Below, one piece after another: positions 16,122 to 26,866 of a stretch of DNA of 64,000 nucleotides (within the stretch, counting starts at the first letter, position 1; every line of letters starts with the position of its first letter). Source of the DNA: Eubacteriales bacterium (GTDB taxonomy: Bacteria; Bacillota; Clostridia; Christensenellales; JAWKQI01). A model generated the notes under the pieces. The model was not told where the DNA came from. It saw nothing but the letters and a program-made list of their open reading frames with translations, and did no database searches. The position numbers and the translations under genes are program-made. The stretch is from NCBI GenBank assembly GCA_041390245.1, contig JAWKQI010000001.1, forward strand, positions 107,558 to 171,557, read 5' to 3'.

Positions 16122-17557
16122 TCCTCTTCTCCTTTCTTCTCTAACTCCTGACGGCTGTTTTTCGTTAGAGGCAGCAAAAATGACACCGTTGTGCCTTCAT
16201 TTAAAACACTCTTAACCTTTAACTTGGAACCATGGATCTCGGCGACACGCTGAGCAATCGATAACCCCAATCCTGCACCGTGCTGTGCACGCGAACGAGA
16301 TTTATCCACCATATAAAACGCCTCAGTGATTCTTTGAGTCTCTTCAGGAGGTATACCCCGGCCAAAATCACGAACGGATATCTGATACTTTTGCCCGACA
16401 GTTTTTCCTGATAGCAGTATTTCCCCACCATCAGAAGCTTTCCTCCCGTTATCTATTAAATTTATTATCAGCGTAACTAAAAGGTCCGGTTCGCAAAATA
16501 CGATCCGTTTTTCTGCAGTCAGTTCAATTTTTATATCGGCCGTAATAAGAAGCGGTGCAACGACTTTAATAACATGCCGTAACAGCGGCTTTATATTAAT
16601 CGGCCTTAAAGTGAAATTCTGGCGTTCTAACACAATCATATCCATCAGCTTTAACGACATGGCTTCCAGGCGTTTTCCCTCACTAAAAATGAAGGAAGAC
16701 GCTTTAAATACATCCTTTGGCTCTAAGTCTTCAGAGCGCAGGAGATCAGCATATCCAATGATAGATGTAAGAGGTGTTTTCAGTTCATGCGAAAAATTCG
16801 CGACGAAATCCTCCTGCTGCTGCGCGTATTTCTTTAAATCGGCAATATTTTGTTCCACAGCCGCCGCCATATGATTGAAGCTAGTCGCCAGCTCTCCTAT
16901 CTCATCTTTTGTTTTAACATCGACCCGCTCATGATACCTGCCTTCTGCAATACGACCTGCCGACTTCTTTAGCTTCCTTATCGGGCGGGTTAATATAAAG
17001 GACAAAGCAGATATAAGTAGCGCTCCAACTGCAATCATAGCCAGATTCAAATATATATAAAACCGTGTCAACTCTTCTTTTTTAGAAAATATTTCTTTTA
17101 CACTGCGGGATAAAGCCAGATAAAGCCTTTGGTCGTTATAAACAAAGCTTCCGACGATTTCCAAAGTATACGCACCTGATGCATCTGATATCTGATATTG
17201 CTGGTCATCATCTCCAATAGAAGTTACAGAAAGTGAAACCGAAAGCGTTTCCGGAACGGACACAAGCTTTGTCCCTGCGCTGTTAAAAACTGCCAGGCTT
17301 TGCCCGCTTGTCATGGCAGCCGTTTGTTTGATAATACTTCCCATCATTTCATCTGTGACATTGCTGTATTGCATTTCTGCACTAAGCAGGCTGGATTCAA
17401 AAGCAAACTGTGTAAGCTGATATTCCTCCAAACCCCTTTCGATTTCCCGATTAACATCCGAATTAAAAGAAGTAGATATCAGCGCATAGCTTCCAATAGA
17501 GCATACTATGGCAATCACTAATGTTGTTAAAATAAACACTTTGAAAAAAAACTTCAT
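16118..17557 (-). CDS. Sensor histidine kinase (TM-sensor-TM-HAMP-HisKA-HATPase)
   Basis: H-box FSHELKTPLT. N, G1 and G2 boxes (NLIDNGRK, DFGRGI, GAGLGLSI). Confidence 0.9.
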   Translation of the reverse strand: MKFFFKVFILTTLVIAIVCSIGSYALISTSFNSDVNREIERGLEEYQLTQFAFESSLLSAEMQYSNVTDEMMGSIIKQTAAMTSGQSLAVFNSAGTKLVSVPETLSVSLSVTSIGDDDQQYQISDASGAYTLEIVGSFVYNDQRLYLALSRSVKEIFSKKEELTRFYIYLNLAMIAVGALLISALSFILTRPIRKLKKSAGRIAEGRYHERVDVKTKDEIGELATSFNHMAAAVEQNIADLKKYAQQQEDFVANFSHELKTPLTSIIGYADLLRSEDLEPKDVFKASSFIFSEGKRLEAMSLKLMDMIVLERQNFTLRPINIKPLLRHVIKVVAPLLITADIKIELTAEKRIVFCEPDLLVTLIINLIDNGRKASDGGEILLSGKTVGQKYQISVRDFGRGIPPEETQRITEAFYMVDKSRSRAQHGAGLGLSIAQRVAEIHGSKLKVKSVLNEGTTVSFLLPLTKNSRQELEKKGEEE

Positions 17558-18213
17558 TATGTATCATCCAATCGGTAACCGACCTTATAGATGGTTTTTA
17601 TACGGCCTTCCCATCCAAGTTTTTTGCGCAAACGCTGTATATGGGAATCTAATGTACGCGTATCGCATGCAAATTCTATTCCCCATACGCGTTCAAACAA
17701 TGTCTCTCTAAATAGTGCGATATTTTTGTTTTGTGCGAGAATTACGAGCAGGTCAAACTCCTTTATCGTAAGCTTGACAGGGTCACCCTGCTTTGTTACT
17801 TTCCGTGCATCCACGTAAATAACTACATCGCCAATCTGAATTAAATCTTTCCCTTTGTGGTAACGCCTTAATACAACTTCGATCCTGGCCATTAGCTCTA
17901 CCATTTCAAAAGGCTTTACAATATAATCGTCGGCTCCTAATTTCAGCCCTTTCACTTTATCTTGGACATCTCCCTTTGCCGTTAAAAATATAACAGGAAT
18001 ATTCATCGGCTGAATATAATACATCAAATCAAAGCCGTTAAAAATTGGAAGCATAATATCTAGAAGAACCAAATCATAATTATTTTTCTCAATAAGATCA
18101 GCTGCCATTTTGCCGTCGTAGGCACACTCACAAAAATAGCCCTGCCGTGTAAGCTTCATCTGAATCAAGCTGGATATAGGCAGTTCATCTTCAACAATCA
18201 ATATTTTCGTCAT
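17557..18213 (-). CDS. OmpR-family response regulator
   Basis: Receiver (ILIVEDE, LLDIMLP) plus winged-helix output domain. TAATG overlap with the kinase. Confidence 0.9.
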   Translation of the reverse strand: MTKILIVEDELPISSLIQMKLTRQGYFCECAYDGKMAADLIEKNNYDLVLLDIMLPIFNGFDLMYYIQPMNIPVIFLTAKGDVQDKVKGLKLGADDYIVKPFEMVELMARIEVVLRRYHKGKDLIQIGDVVIYVDARKVTKQGDPVKLTIKEFDLLVILAQNKNIALFRETLFERVWGIEFACDTRTLDSHIQRLRKKLGWEGRIKTIYKVGYRLDDT

Positions 18214-18463
18214 ATGTTACCCCTCCATATGTGTGAATTGTACCTATTTTATCTCTAAAATGCGGACAAGTTGTGTCTAAGTTAATATTTTTGAAAAAAA
18301 ATTGTAACAATATGTAATTATTATAACAGAAATTTAATATAATAGAAGTTAATTATATTATTAAAAAGGTTAGATAATATTATAAACTCGGAGTATGTTT
18401 ATTATCTTAGAAGTTTTAACTAGTCAAAAAAATTTATAAAATAAAAAGAAAAAACAAATAACC

Positions 18464-18493
18464 AAAAAAACAGCTTGATCAAGCTGTTTTTTT
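18464..18493. terminator. Bidirectional intrinsic terminator
   Basis: A7-ACAGCTT-GATC-AAGCTGT-T7. Confidence 0.7.
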
Positions 18494-18495
18494 GG

Positions 18496-18572
18496 TGGCG
18501 TACCCGGGAGGATTCGAACCTCTGGCCTTAGGAGTCGGAGTCCTACGCTCTATCCAACTGAGCTACGGGTAC
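18496..18572 (-). tRNA. tRNA-Arg (anticodon CCG), CCA encoded
   Basis: Hand-folded cloverleaf: acceptor GTACCCG/CGGGTAC, D arm GCTC/GAGC, anticodon stem TAGGA/TCCTA with loop CTCCGAC, T loop TTCGAAT. Confidence 0.9.
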
Positions 18573-18633
18573 AAGCCGAAGATATTATAGCATCAAAGCT
18601 AAGGGTTAACAACCCATGCAATTTCTGAAAATT

Positions 18634-19302
18634 TTATTTGGCTGAAACAGGTTCGTCGTCTTTTACTTTATTTTTTTTTATTTTTTCCATTATGCCATTC
18701 TTTGAAAGCTTTATCTTAGATTCCTGCCCTTTTAATATGCGCTTTATATTTTCCCTATGCGAGAAAAATGCAGACAATGCCAGCACTATGATAGCTATAT
18801 GAAGATAAGTATCCGAAGGGAAAAACACAAATGCCGTTATAACGTAAATGACAGAACCGGCGAGAGACCCTATCGACACCGTTCTGGTCAAAACCATTAT
18901 TACTATAGCTGCTGCAAATATTATAAGTGTGTGTATGGGCATTATAACTATAAGAGCGCCTAAAGTTACTGCAATTCCCTTTCCGCCTTTAAACTGCAGA
19001 AACACCGGCCAATTATGCCCCAGCATAACGAATACTGCCGCAACGTACATACCGGTCCTTCCAGCGAGCAAATAACCGAAAAAAACAGCCAAACTACCTT
19101 TAAGCACATCGCCTGCGAGCGCTAAAATGCCCCATTTCAAGCCGTAGTTCCTGAGCATGTTGGTAGACCCGGCATTGCCGCTTCCGAGCTCTCTAATATC
19201 CTTTTTATTGATTATACGGCTTAAGATATAAGAAAATATAATACACCCAAGTAAGTACGCCTGAATCGCTGATATTATAAGTTTAAAAATCAAATTGTCC
19301 AA
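18634..19302 (-). CDS. plsY: Glycerol-3-phosphate acyltransferase PlsY
   Basis: GSGNAGSTN motif and PlsY TM pattern, with a Lys-rich C-terminal tail. Confidence 0.9.
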   Translation of the reverse strand: MDNLIFKLIISAIQAYLLGCIIFSYILSRIINKKDIRELGSGNAGSTNMLRNYGLKWGILALAGDVLKGSLAVFFGYLLAGRTGMYVAAVFVMLGHNWPVFLQFKGGKGIAVTLGALIVIMPIHTLIIFAAAIVIMVLTRTVSIGSLAGSVIYVITAFVFFPSDTYLHIAIIVLALSAFFSHRENIKRILKGQESKIKLSKNGIMEKIKKNKVKDDEPVSAK

Positions 19303-19317
19303 TTTTATTCCCTCCTC

Positions 19318-20634
19318 TTATTCGTTCTTCTCCCTAAAGGCTATTCTAATCGGTGTGCCTTTAAAATCAAAGGTTTTCCTCAGATAATTTTCAAGATATC
19401 TCTTATAAGAAAAATGAACCAGCTTCTCGTCATTAACAAATAATACAAAAAACGGCGGTGAAACGGCAACTTGCGTGGCATAGTAAATCTTTAAGCGCCT
19501 GCCTTTGTCCGAAGGGGGCTGTGTCACTGTTATCGCTTCATTTATACAGTCGTTTAACAACCCGGTCGTCAGACGTTTCGCGCTGTTCTTATATGCGTTT
19601 AATGCTTCATCTAACAGCTTATCAACCCTTTGTCCGCTAAGAGCGGATATATATACGATTTGGGCATATTTCATAAAAAGCATCGCACTCATTATTTTAT
19701 CATTAAAGGAGTTTACAGTGTACGTATCCTTATCAATTAAGTCCCATTTATTGACTGCTATAACTACAGGCTTGCCTTCGTCGTCGACAAATCCGGCTAT
19801 CTTTACATCCTGTTCTGTCACCCCATCTGTCGCGTCGATCATTATTATTACTACGTCTGCCCTTTTAACCGCTGCCAGAGTTCTTATAACGCTGTAACGT
19901 TCTATCGTAGCATCTTCTATCCTGGATTTACGCCTCAACCCAGCTGTATCTATTATCATATATTTTTGGTCGTCTCTCGTAAAATAAGAGTCTATAGCGT
20001 CCCTGGTCGTCCCTGGTATGTCGCTTACTATAGACCTGCTTTCGCCTATTATCCTGTTAGCTAAAGATGACTTCCCCGCATTTGGCTTTCCGACGATAGC
20101 TATTTTTATCATATCTTCCTGCTCAGCAGTTTTAAAATCTTTTAAATAAGACACTATCTTATCTAAAAGATCCCCCAATCCTAACCCCTGTGCCGAAGAT
20201 ATGCCAAATATTTCGCCTATACCCAAGCTATAAAAATCATAGACTTCCTGTTCGTCTTTTTTATTGTCTACTTTATTAACTACGACGATGACCGGTTTTT
20301 TAGTATGCCTAAGCATCATGGCAACTTCATAGTCTTCCGGTATAAGGCCCTGCTTTGCATCGGTAAAAAACAGTATCACATCTGCAGTATCGATAGCAAT
20401 TTGGACCTGTTCCCTCATCTGTTTTAAAATCACATCCGAGGTATTTAAATCTATCCCTCCGGTGTCTACCAAAGAAAAAGTGATGCCGTTCCATTCTGCA
20501 TCTGCGTATATACGGTCCCTTGTCACGCCGGGAGTATCCTTAACTATAGCTATCCTTTTGCCAGTTATCCTGTTGAAAAATGTGGATTTGCCTACGTTCG
20601 GACGCCCGACAATCGCTACTATTGGCATCGCCAT
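19318..20634 (-). CDS. der: Ribosome-biogenesis GTPase Der/EngA
   Basis: Two G domains (GRPNVGKST, GKPNAGKSS) plus a KH-like C-terminus. Confidence 0.95.
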   Translation of the reverse strand: MAMPIVAIVGRPNVGKSTFFNRITGKRIAIVKDTPGVTRDRIYADAEWNGITFSLVDTGGIDLNTSDVILKQMREQVQIAIDTADVILFFTDAKQGLIPEDYEVAMMLRHTKKPVIVVVNKVDNKKDEQEVYDFYSLGIGEIFGISSAQGLGLGDLLDKIVSYLKDFKTAEQEDMIKIAIVGKPNAGKSSLANRIIGESRSIVSDIPGTTRDAIDSYFTRDDQKYMIIDTAGLRRKSRIEDATIERYSVIRTLAAVKRADVVIIMIDATDGVTEQDVKIAGFVDDEGKPVVIAVNKWDLIDKDTYTVNSFNDKIMSAMLFMKYAQIVYISALSGQRVDKLLDEALNAYKNSAKRLTTGLLNDCINEAITVTQPPSDKGRRLKIYYATQVAVSPPFFVLFVNDEKLVHFSYKRYLENYLRKTFDFKGTPIRIAFREKNE

Positions 20635-20637
20635 TGA

Positions 20638-21936
20638 TTATATCTCCTTTTGCCCTAAAACCGACAAGACAAAACTTTCTCCATCTGCCTTAACCGGACA
20701 CACCTTAACGTTAAGGCTTTCAGAAAGTTCATCTACGGTAACATCATCTAAAAACGTATCTTTTCTATCCCGAAGCATGCAGTCAGGAATTATAAGCTCC
20801 TTGCCAAGCGGCTTATTTAAAAGCTGGTTATTTAAATCCCCGCCTGTTATAAGGCCGGAAACCGTAATGCTGTCTCCAAAAAAATCATTTTTTATAGGAT
20901 AGATTAAAACGTCTATATCAAAAGCCGATTTTATGTTATTTATACATTCTACCATAAAATCATAAGAATCCATACCTGTTGCAATACTAATTTTTCTTTT
21001 AATCGGTTTTACATCTGAAAAATCCTCTATTGCGTTTTTTACTTCCCGTTCAAAGAGGCGAATCATGCCAACGCCGTTTTCTATCTGGCAAAAATCCTCG
21101 TACTCTTCATATTGCGGCAAAACGTATTTTGCCCTTAAATACATTTCGTCCGAAGGGAAGACAAATCTTGTCCCTCGCTTTTTTAAAATTTCCTTTTGAG
21201 CTATGTTAATAACGTCGATTGCTTTTTCTGCCGATTCTTTATTTAACACGGAAATAGGGTAAAGCCCTTCTCTAAACTTTGTAAGCCCAACAGGGACTAC
21301 CGCAAGCGAAAGGCAGTTTTCAAGAGACGATAAATAACCGATAGTCTCCTTTAAAACTTTCCCGTCGTTTATTCCGGCCATTAAAACGACCTGGGCATGA
21401 AAGTTAATATTATTTTCAAGTAAGATATTCAACGTTTCCTTAATCGGGCGCGCCGTTTCATTTCCCAGTATCTTTTTCCTAAGCCCCTCATCAATCGTAT
21501 GTACCGATATATACAGGGGGCTTGCCCCACGTTTACATATACGGGTAAGCTCTGCATCAGAAATAGAGGACATCGTTATATAATTCCCCATTATAAGGGA
21601 ATATCTCCAATCCTCATCTTTTACATAAAGAGTTTTTCTCAGTCCTTTTGGAAGCTGGCTCACAAAACAAAATATACAGTTATTTAAACAGACTCTTTTT
21701 TTGCCAAAAAGGCTTTCTTTAAATTCTAAAGCTAAAGGAGTGTCTTCATCTTTGTTTATATTTACTGAAATGTGTTTTCCGTTTCTTTTAAGATCTATTT
21801 TTAAGTTTTTTTGGGCACTGAAATAAACGTAATCTACATAATCGATAAAATCCTCATTATTTATCTTTTGGATCTCGTCGCCACTTTTAATTAAATGTTT
21901 AAGCTCCCTATTTACCTTTGAAACGGTAAACCCCAT
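20638..21936 (-). CDS. DUF512-type radical-SAM-like protein
   Basis: CLNNCIFCF (CxxxCxxC) motif. Conserved position upstream of der. Confidence 0.7.
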   Translation of the reverse strand: MGFTVSKVNRELKHLIKSGDEIQKINNEDFIDYVDYVYFSAQKNLKIDLKRNGKHISVNINKDEDTPLALEFKESLFGKKRVCLNNCIFCFVSQLPKGLRKTLYVKDEDWRYSLIMGNYITMSSISDAELTRICKRGASPLYISVHTIDEGLRKKILGNETARPIKETLNILLENNINFHAQVVLMAGINDGKVLKETIGYLSSLENCLSLAVVPVGLTKFREGLYPISVLNKESAEKAIDVINIAQKEILKKRGTRFVFPSDEMYLRAKYVLPQYEEYEDFCQIENGVGMIRLFEREVKNAIEDFSDVKPIKRKISIATGMDSYDFMVECINNIKSAFDIDVLIYPIKNDFFGDSITVSGLITGGDLNNQLLNKPLGKELIIPDCMLRDRKDTFLDDVTVDELSESLNVKVCPVKADGESFVLSVLGQKEI

Positions 21937-21965
21937 AAATTCCCCCGCAAAACCCGTTTTTTATT

Positions 21966-22628
21966 TTAGGCGTTCTTGTGAACTACCTTTAATTCTTCTT
22001 TTCTTCTCCTGAACCATTCAGCAATCGAATGTGTAATATCAGTTAAGATCATAGTAGATGCGGTGGCTGCCGCAGCTCTGGCCAGGCTTAAGTCCATATC
22101 TAGGTATATATATGTATCTCCTATTAGCACATGTTCTAATATATAAAACGCAAGCAGGGACACACTGCAAAAATATGCGGCTGCAGCTGCAATAACAGCA
22201 TCTTTGGACATAATGGATATTATTATCAGTATAATGCCTGTCTCTATATATGCAAGCCCGTTCATAGAATACTCGCTTATATCAAGAGTACGCTCTACCA
22301 TATATATTATCCCCGCCAATAATATCGCGCTTAACATCGCCATAATGCCGTATTTAGGTTTTTTTATTAACGCTGCTATCATAAAAATAAAAGCCAAAGG
22401 TATCGCTAAATTTAAGCTAACCCCGTATATTCCGACTTCGGGCATCAAAACCGCTATGGCAAATAGCACTAAAAATATAATAAAAGTAAGTTTATTTATA
22501 CGTGCCCTAAAAAATGCTTTATTAAAGCAACCGCTAACTGTGAGTATTAATAATACAACTGTTAAAACTATTGATAAATACATAAAACAACCGCACCTTT
22601 TAAGCTTATTTTTAAATAGCTTTCCCAA
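21966..22628 (-). CDS. Hypothetical polytopic membrane protein
   Basis: 220 aa with 6-7 hydrophobic segments. No recognisable motif. Confidence 0.5.
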   Translation of the reverse strand: MGKLFKNKLKRCGCFMYLSIVLTVVLLILTVSGCFNKAFFRARINKLTFIIFLVLFAIAVLMPEVGIYGVSLNLAIPLAFIFMIAALIKKPKYGIMAMLSAILLAGIIYMVERTLDISEYSMNGLAYIETGIILIIISIMSKDAVIAAAAAYFCSVSLLAFYILEHVLIGDTYIYLDMDLSLARAAAATASTMILTDITHSIAEWFRRRKEELKVVHKNA

Positions 22629-22659
22629 AATGCGGCTGATTTATATTTATTTGAAAAAA

Positions 22660-23901
22660 TTATTTATAAAGAGGATGCTTCTCGCAAAGGTCAACAACTG
22701 CCTTTTTTACATCCGGAACAGCGCTTTTCCCTTCTTTTAACAGTTTGGAGATTAGGTTTCCTATTAGGACCATGTCTTCTTCAACCAGCCCGCGTGTAGT
22801 AACTGCCGGCGTTCCTATACGTACGCCGCTTGTTACGAATGGGCTTAATGTCTCAAAAGGAATCGTGTTTTTATTTACCGTAATATTTACTTCGCCTAAA
22901 ATATCCTGTGCATCTTTGCCTGTCATATTTACCGATGCCATTGTATCTACCAGCATAAGATGATTATCCGTGCCGTTTGAAACTAGCCTAAAGCCATGCT
23001 CCATCAAGGTATGCGCCAAAATTTCAGCGTTAACTACGATCTGTTGCTGATATAATACAAAGTCTTCTGTTAATGCTTCCTTAAAACATACTGCCTTGGC
23101 AACTATCGTATGCATAAGCGGCCCGCCCTGTATTCCCGGGAAAATCGCCTTATCTATCGCCTTTGCATATTCTTCACGGCAAAGTATAAGGCCGCCTCTT
23201 GGGCCTCTTAATGTCTTATGAGTCGTAGATGTCACAAAATCAGCATAAGGAACCGGGTTATCGTGTGCACCGGCAGCAACTAATCCTGCTATATGTGCCA
23301 TATCCACCATCAAATAAGCACCGACTTCATCTGCTATTTTCTTGAATTTTGCAAAGTCTATATACCTTGGATATGCACTTGCACCTGCAACTATCATCTT
23401 AGGTTTATTTGCTACTGCAAGGCTCCTTACTTCATCATAATCTATATATTCTGTATCTTTTCTTACCCCATAAGGAACGATTTTAAAATATTTACCGGAG
23501 ATATTTACAGGGCTACCATGAGTCAAGTGGCCACCGTGGTTTAAGTTCATACCTAAAATAGTATCACCGTAGTTTAGCATTGCAAAGTAAACGGCAGTGT
23601 TAGCCTGTGCACCGGAATGTGCCTGTACATTTGCATGCTCTGCACCAAAAAGCAGTTTTGCGCGTTCAATCGCCAGATTTTCCGCTTCATCCATAAACTC
23701 GCAGCCGCCATAATAACGTTTGCCCGGATACCCTTCTGCGTATTTATTGGTAAAGTGAGAACCCATAGCCTGCATTACCGCTTCGGATACAAAATTCTCA
23801 GATGCGATAAGCTCCAAATGCTTTTGCTGGCGGTCCAGTTCTTTCATCATTATTTCATAGATCTCTTTGTCTGTCTGTTTTACAAAGTTAAAATCCAACA
23901 T
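22660..23901 (-). CDS. glyA: Serine hydroxymethyltransferase
   Basis: Full-length SHMT with the [15 protein letters not shown]-Lys motif. Confidence 0.96.
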   Translation of the reverse strand: MLDFNFVKQTDKEIYEIMMKELDRQQKHLELIASENFVSEAVMQAMGSHFTNKYAEGYPGKRYYGGCEFMDEAENLAIERAKLLFGAEHANVQAHSGAQANTAVYFAMLNYGDTILGMNLNHGGHLTHGSPVNISGKYFKIVPYGVRKDTEYIDYDEVRSLAVANKPKMIVAGASAYPRYIDFAKFKKIADEVGAYLMVDMAHIAGLVAAGAHDNPVPYADFVTSTTHKTLRGPRGGLILCREEYAKAIDKAIFPGIQGGPLMHTIVAKAVCFKEALTEDFVLYQQQIVVNAEILAHTLMEHGFRLVSNGTDNHLMLVDTMASVNMTGKDAQDILGEVNITVNKNTIPFETLSPFVTSGVRIGTPAVTTRGLVEEDMVLIGNLISKLLKEGKSAVPDVKKAVVDLCEKHPLYK

Positions 23902-23912
23902 CGCTTTTCTCC

Positions 23913-24647
23913 TTATTTTTCGTTTAAGTTTTCAATTGCGTCGCGCGCTGCTTCCTGTTCCGCATGTTTTTTAGTCTTTCCTTTTCCTCTCCCGATGTTT
24001 TCCCCGTCTGCTCTTAAATAGACATAAAACATCTTGTCATGCTGAGGTCCTTCCTCTTTATATAGAACATAGCGGTATCTTTTTATTCCTTGTTTTTTTA
24101 AGTAATCTGCTATGCTCGTTTTATAATCGTATACAACATTTTGGTTAACGACTTCTTCTATTTTCTCACCTAAGAATCTAAATATAAACTTCTTCGCGCT
24201 TAAGTATCCCCCGTCTAAATAAATGGCCCCAATAAGCGCTTCAAATGCGTTTGCTAAAATAGAAGGCCGCTCCGGGCCTCCTGCCATTAGCTCGCTTTTG
24301 CCAAAATACATATAGCTGCTTAGCTTAATTAAACGTGCAGCTTGGTACAAAGATTCTTTTTTTACAATAAGGGAACGTTTTTGAGACATATCCCCTTCAT
24401 CAAAACTATAATATTTAAAAATATGCTCAGAAATAATAAGCTCTAAAACAGCATCCCCTAAAAACTCCAGCCTCTCGTTAGAGAGTTTTTGGGTAGAGGA
24501 ATGTGATAAAGCTTCCGTCAAGATGTTAGGGTTATGAAAATTATACCCTATTTCATTCTCTATTGAGTTTCCATCTCTACGTTTCTTTTTCCCTAGCATT
24601 TTTAACTCTATTGGATTTTTATTCCTTTGTGCTTTCTGGCCTAGCAT
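23913..24647 (-). CDS. rnc: Ribonuclease III
   Basis: [11 protein letters not shown] signature plus a dsRBD. The start may be the internal ATG at 24599. Confidence 0.9.
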   Translation of the reverse strand: MLGQKAQRNKNPIELKMLGKKKRRDGNSIENEIGYNFHNPNILTEALSHSSTQKLSNERLEFLGDAVLELIISEHIFKYYSFDEGDMSQKRSLIVKKESLYQAARLIKLSSYMYFGKSELMAGGPERPSILANAFEALIGAIYLDGGYLSAKKFIFRFLGEKIEEVVNQNVVYDYKTSIADYLKKQGIKRYRYVLYKEEGPQHDKMFYVYLRADGENIGRGKGKTKKHAEQEAARDAIENLNEK

Positions 24648-24685
24648 TTCTAATTAAAAAGCCCCCTGAAAGAAGGCTTTTTCTC

Positions 24686-24916
24686 CTATTCTAGTTTTGA
24701 TTCTATGTATTTGACGACGTCAGCAACCTTTATTACCTTAGGAAGGTCATCGTCTGGAATTTCTAAATCAAACTCCTGCTCCAAATCCATAATCAACTCG
24801 ACTATGTCAAGAGAATCTGCCTTTAAGTCTTCAATTAAATTGGATTCCATCGTGATCTTATCTTTACTTATCTCAAGCTGTTCAGATAAAATCTTCTGCA
24901 CCTTTTCAAATACCAT
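24686..24916 (-). CDS. acpP: Acyl carrier protein
   Basis: 76 aa with the [12 protein letters not shown] phosphopantetheine site. Confidence 0.95.
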   Translation of the reverse strand: MVFEKVQKILSEQLEISKDKITMESNLIEDLKADSLDIVELIMDLEQEFDLEIPDDDLPKVIKVADVVKYIESKLE

Positions 24917-24947
24917 TTTTTGTTCCTCCTAAAAATATAAAAATAAA

Positions 24948-25949
24948 TTAGTCCTCTACTTTGGTTATTTCTTCTTTTATAATATTAACCAAATCCCCAA
25001 TAATAAACTCCCGCGCCTGGTTTACTGCACTTTTTATTGCCCGTGCATTAGAACTTCCGTGTGCCTTTATAACACACCCATTTACTCCAAGCAGCAATGC
25101 CCCGCCATATTCAGTATAATCCATTCTCTTTTTTAAACGGCGAAAAGCACCTTTTGCCAAAAGTGCACCGATTTTTGATTTAAAGTTTTTATATAGTTCT
25201 TCTTTTAACATCGAAGTTATAGTCTGTGCAGCGCCTTCCATCATTTTAAGGGCTATATTCCCTGCAAAGCCATCGCATGCAACGACATCATAATCTCCGC
25301 TGTTTACGTTTCTAGCCTCGACATTACCTACAAAATTCAGCGGCATCCCCTTTAAAATAGCATATGCCTCTTTTGTAAGCATATTTCCTTTTTCTTCTTC
25401 CGCACCGTTATTTAAAAGGCCAACCCTAGGGTTTAAGACCCCTTGAGCCTTGCTCATATATATGCTGCCCATTTGCGCAAATTGTGCAAGATAAGATGGC
25501 TTACAGTCTACATTAGCTCCGCAGTCTATAAGCAATACGCCGGTTCCTTTAGTAGTGGGCATAACCGGAGCCAATGCAGGGCGTTTCACCCCTTTGATAC
25601 GCCGTACTATCAGAGTAGCGCCTGCAACGGTGGCACCTGTCGACCCTGCCGTGATGAATGCCTGGCCTTTCCCCTCTTTTAACAGGTTAAAGCCAACAAC
25701 AAGCGAAGAATCGTTTTTTCTCTTTATAGCCTCCACGGGAGATTCTGCCATATCAATGACTTGAGTAGCATTAACGACTTGAATCTTGCTTCTATCGTAA
25801 TTATATAATGCGAGCTCTTCTTTAATAAGCTCTTCTTTTCCGGTAAGTATAACTTTGATATCGCTATATGCATTTACCGCTTGAACGGCCCCTTCAACAA
25901 TTGCCTTAGGAGCATTGTCTCCGCCAAAGGCATCCAGTATTATATTCAA
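24948..25949 (-). CDS. plsX: Phosphate acyltransferase PlsX
   Basis: NIILDAFGGDNAP N-terminus. I place the start at TTG 25949, which has GGAGAAAAA upstream. The ORF-track extension to 26012 is unlikely. Confidence 0.9.
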   Translation of the reverse strand: MNIILDAFGGDNAPKAIVEGAVQAVNAYSDIKVILTGKEELIKEELALYNYDRSKIQVVNATQVIDMAESPVEAIKRKNDSSLVVGFNLLKEGKGQAFITAGSTGATVAGATLIVRRIKGVKRPALAPVMPTTKGTGVLLIDCGANVDCKPSYLAQFAQMGSIYMSKAQGVLNPRVGLLNNGAEEEKGNMLTKEAYAILKGMPLNFVGNVEARNVNSGDYDVVACDGFAGNIALKMMEGAAQTITSMLKEELYKNFKSKIGALLAKGAFRRLKKRMDYTEYGGALLLGVNGCVIKAHGSSNARAIKSAVNQAREFIIGDLVNIIKEEITKVED

Positions 25950-26041
25950 ATTTTTCTCCAAACCACAACTATACTTTAATATAATTATAATAAAACAAAC
26001 AATCGATTTCAACCATATTTAGGTTAACCGCATTTTTAAAA

Positions 26042-26073
26042 GAATTTACACCCCTTAAAAGAGATGTAAATTC
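26042..26073 (-). terminator. Hairpin after rpmF
   Basis: GAATTTACA / TGTAAATTC 9-bp stem followed on the minus strand by CUUUUAAAAA. Confidence 0.45.
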
Positions 26074-26108
26074 ACTTAAGTAATAATCCACTTAAATATT
26101 ATTTATTT

Positions 26109-26294
26109 TTATTTGCCTTCTTCGACTTTCATAGCCTGCCTGCCATTGTAGTATCCGCAAAATTTGCAAACCCTATGAGACAGTTTCGGTTTGTGACACT
26201 GTGGACATTCGTTCACGCTGGGAGCAGTGAGCTTCCAGTTTGCGCTTCTTTTATTTCTACGTTGTTTAGAAGTCTTTCTTTTTGGTACCGCCAT
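26109..26294 (-). CDS. rpmF: 50S ribosomal protein L32
   Basis: [16 protein letters not shown]..., zinc-ribbon form. Confidence 0.95.
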   Translation of the reverse strand: MAVPKRKTSKQRRNKRSANWKLTAPSVNECPQCHKPKLSHRVCKFCGYYNGRQAMKVEEGK

Positions 26295-26314
26295 TTTATA
26301 ACACCTCCATTGTC

Positions 26315-26803
26315 TTAACTAAATAAATCTTTTAAGGCTCCAAACGCATTTTCCTGCGTCTTCCCTTCTTTATTACAATCACATGTTTTCTTATTAAGGT
26401 TTGCCCCGCACTTAGGGCATATGCCTTTACAGTCTTCCTTGCAAAGCATTCTTTCAGGCAAATTAAATATTATGTTTTCCTCTGCAATCTCAGACAAATC
26501 GACATTATTGTTTACTATCTTAAAATCATCCGGGTTAGTTTTGGATATGCGCTCTTTAAATTCCGCATCTATATCGTAAAATGCATCTTCTAAGCACTTA
26601 ACGCATTCTGATTTAACTTTTGCTTTCAAACGCGCATCAAGAGTTATGCGTTCATCTAAATATACGTACTTCCCAACGATGCTGACAAGGTCTACGACTT
26701 GATAACTGCATCCATTATAACTAATATCAGGAAGAGGAAACTCTACTTCTAGTAAAAAAGTCTCTCCCGGGTTTTTTAAACATTCCGTTACGTCAACAGT
26801 CAT
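26315..26803 (-). CDS. DUF177 (YceD/YlbN) protein
   Basis: C-terminal [13 protein letters not shown]...CDC motif. Sits upstream of rpmF as in most bacteria. Confidence 0.85.
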   Translation of the reverse strand: MTVDVTECLKNPGETFLLEVEFPLPDISYNGCSYQVVDLVSIVGKYVYLDERITLDARLKAKVKSECVKCLEDAFYDIDAEFKERISKTNPDDFKIVNNNVDLSEIAEENIIFNLPERMLCKEDCKGICPKCGANLNKKTCDCNKEGKTQENAFGALKDLFS

Positions 26804-26866
26804 ATTTTACCTCTAAAAAACCAGTTATACTAGATTATATTTTTATTTTACCCGCTTGTCAACTTA

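Noticed and set aside
14293-18213. A vancomycin-resistance (van) cluster, suggested by VanY plus a VanRS-like two-component system.
   Set aside because: No vanH, vanA/B or vanX ligase, dehydrogenase or dipeptidase genes are present. VanY-family carboxypeptidases and OmpR/HK pairs are common housekeeping envelope genes.
18214-18470. A very AT-rich 250-nt stretch examined for CRISPR-like or tandem repeats.
   Set aside because: Only short low-complexity A/T words and one phased TTACA pair are present. There are no regularly spaced repeats, so it is a promoter or UP-element-like region for the response regulator.
25950-26012. The N-terminal extension of plsX (MKSIVCFIIIILKYSCGLEKN).
   Set aside because: Conserved PlsX begins at (M)NIILDAFGGD. 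TTG 25949 is preceded by GGAGAAAAA, and the extension is not family-like.
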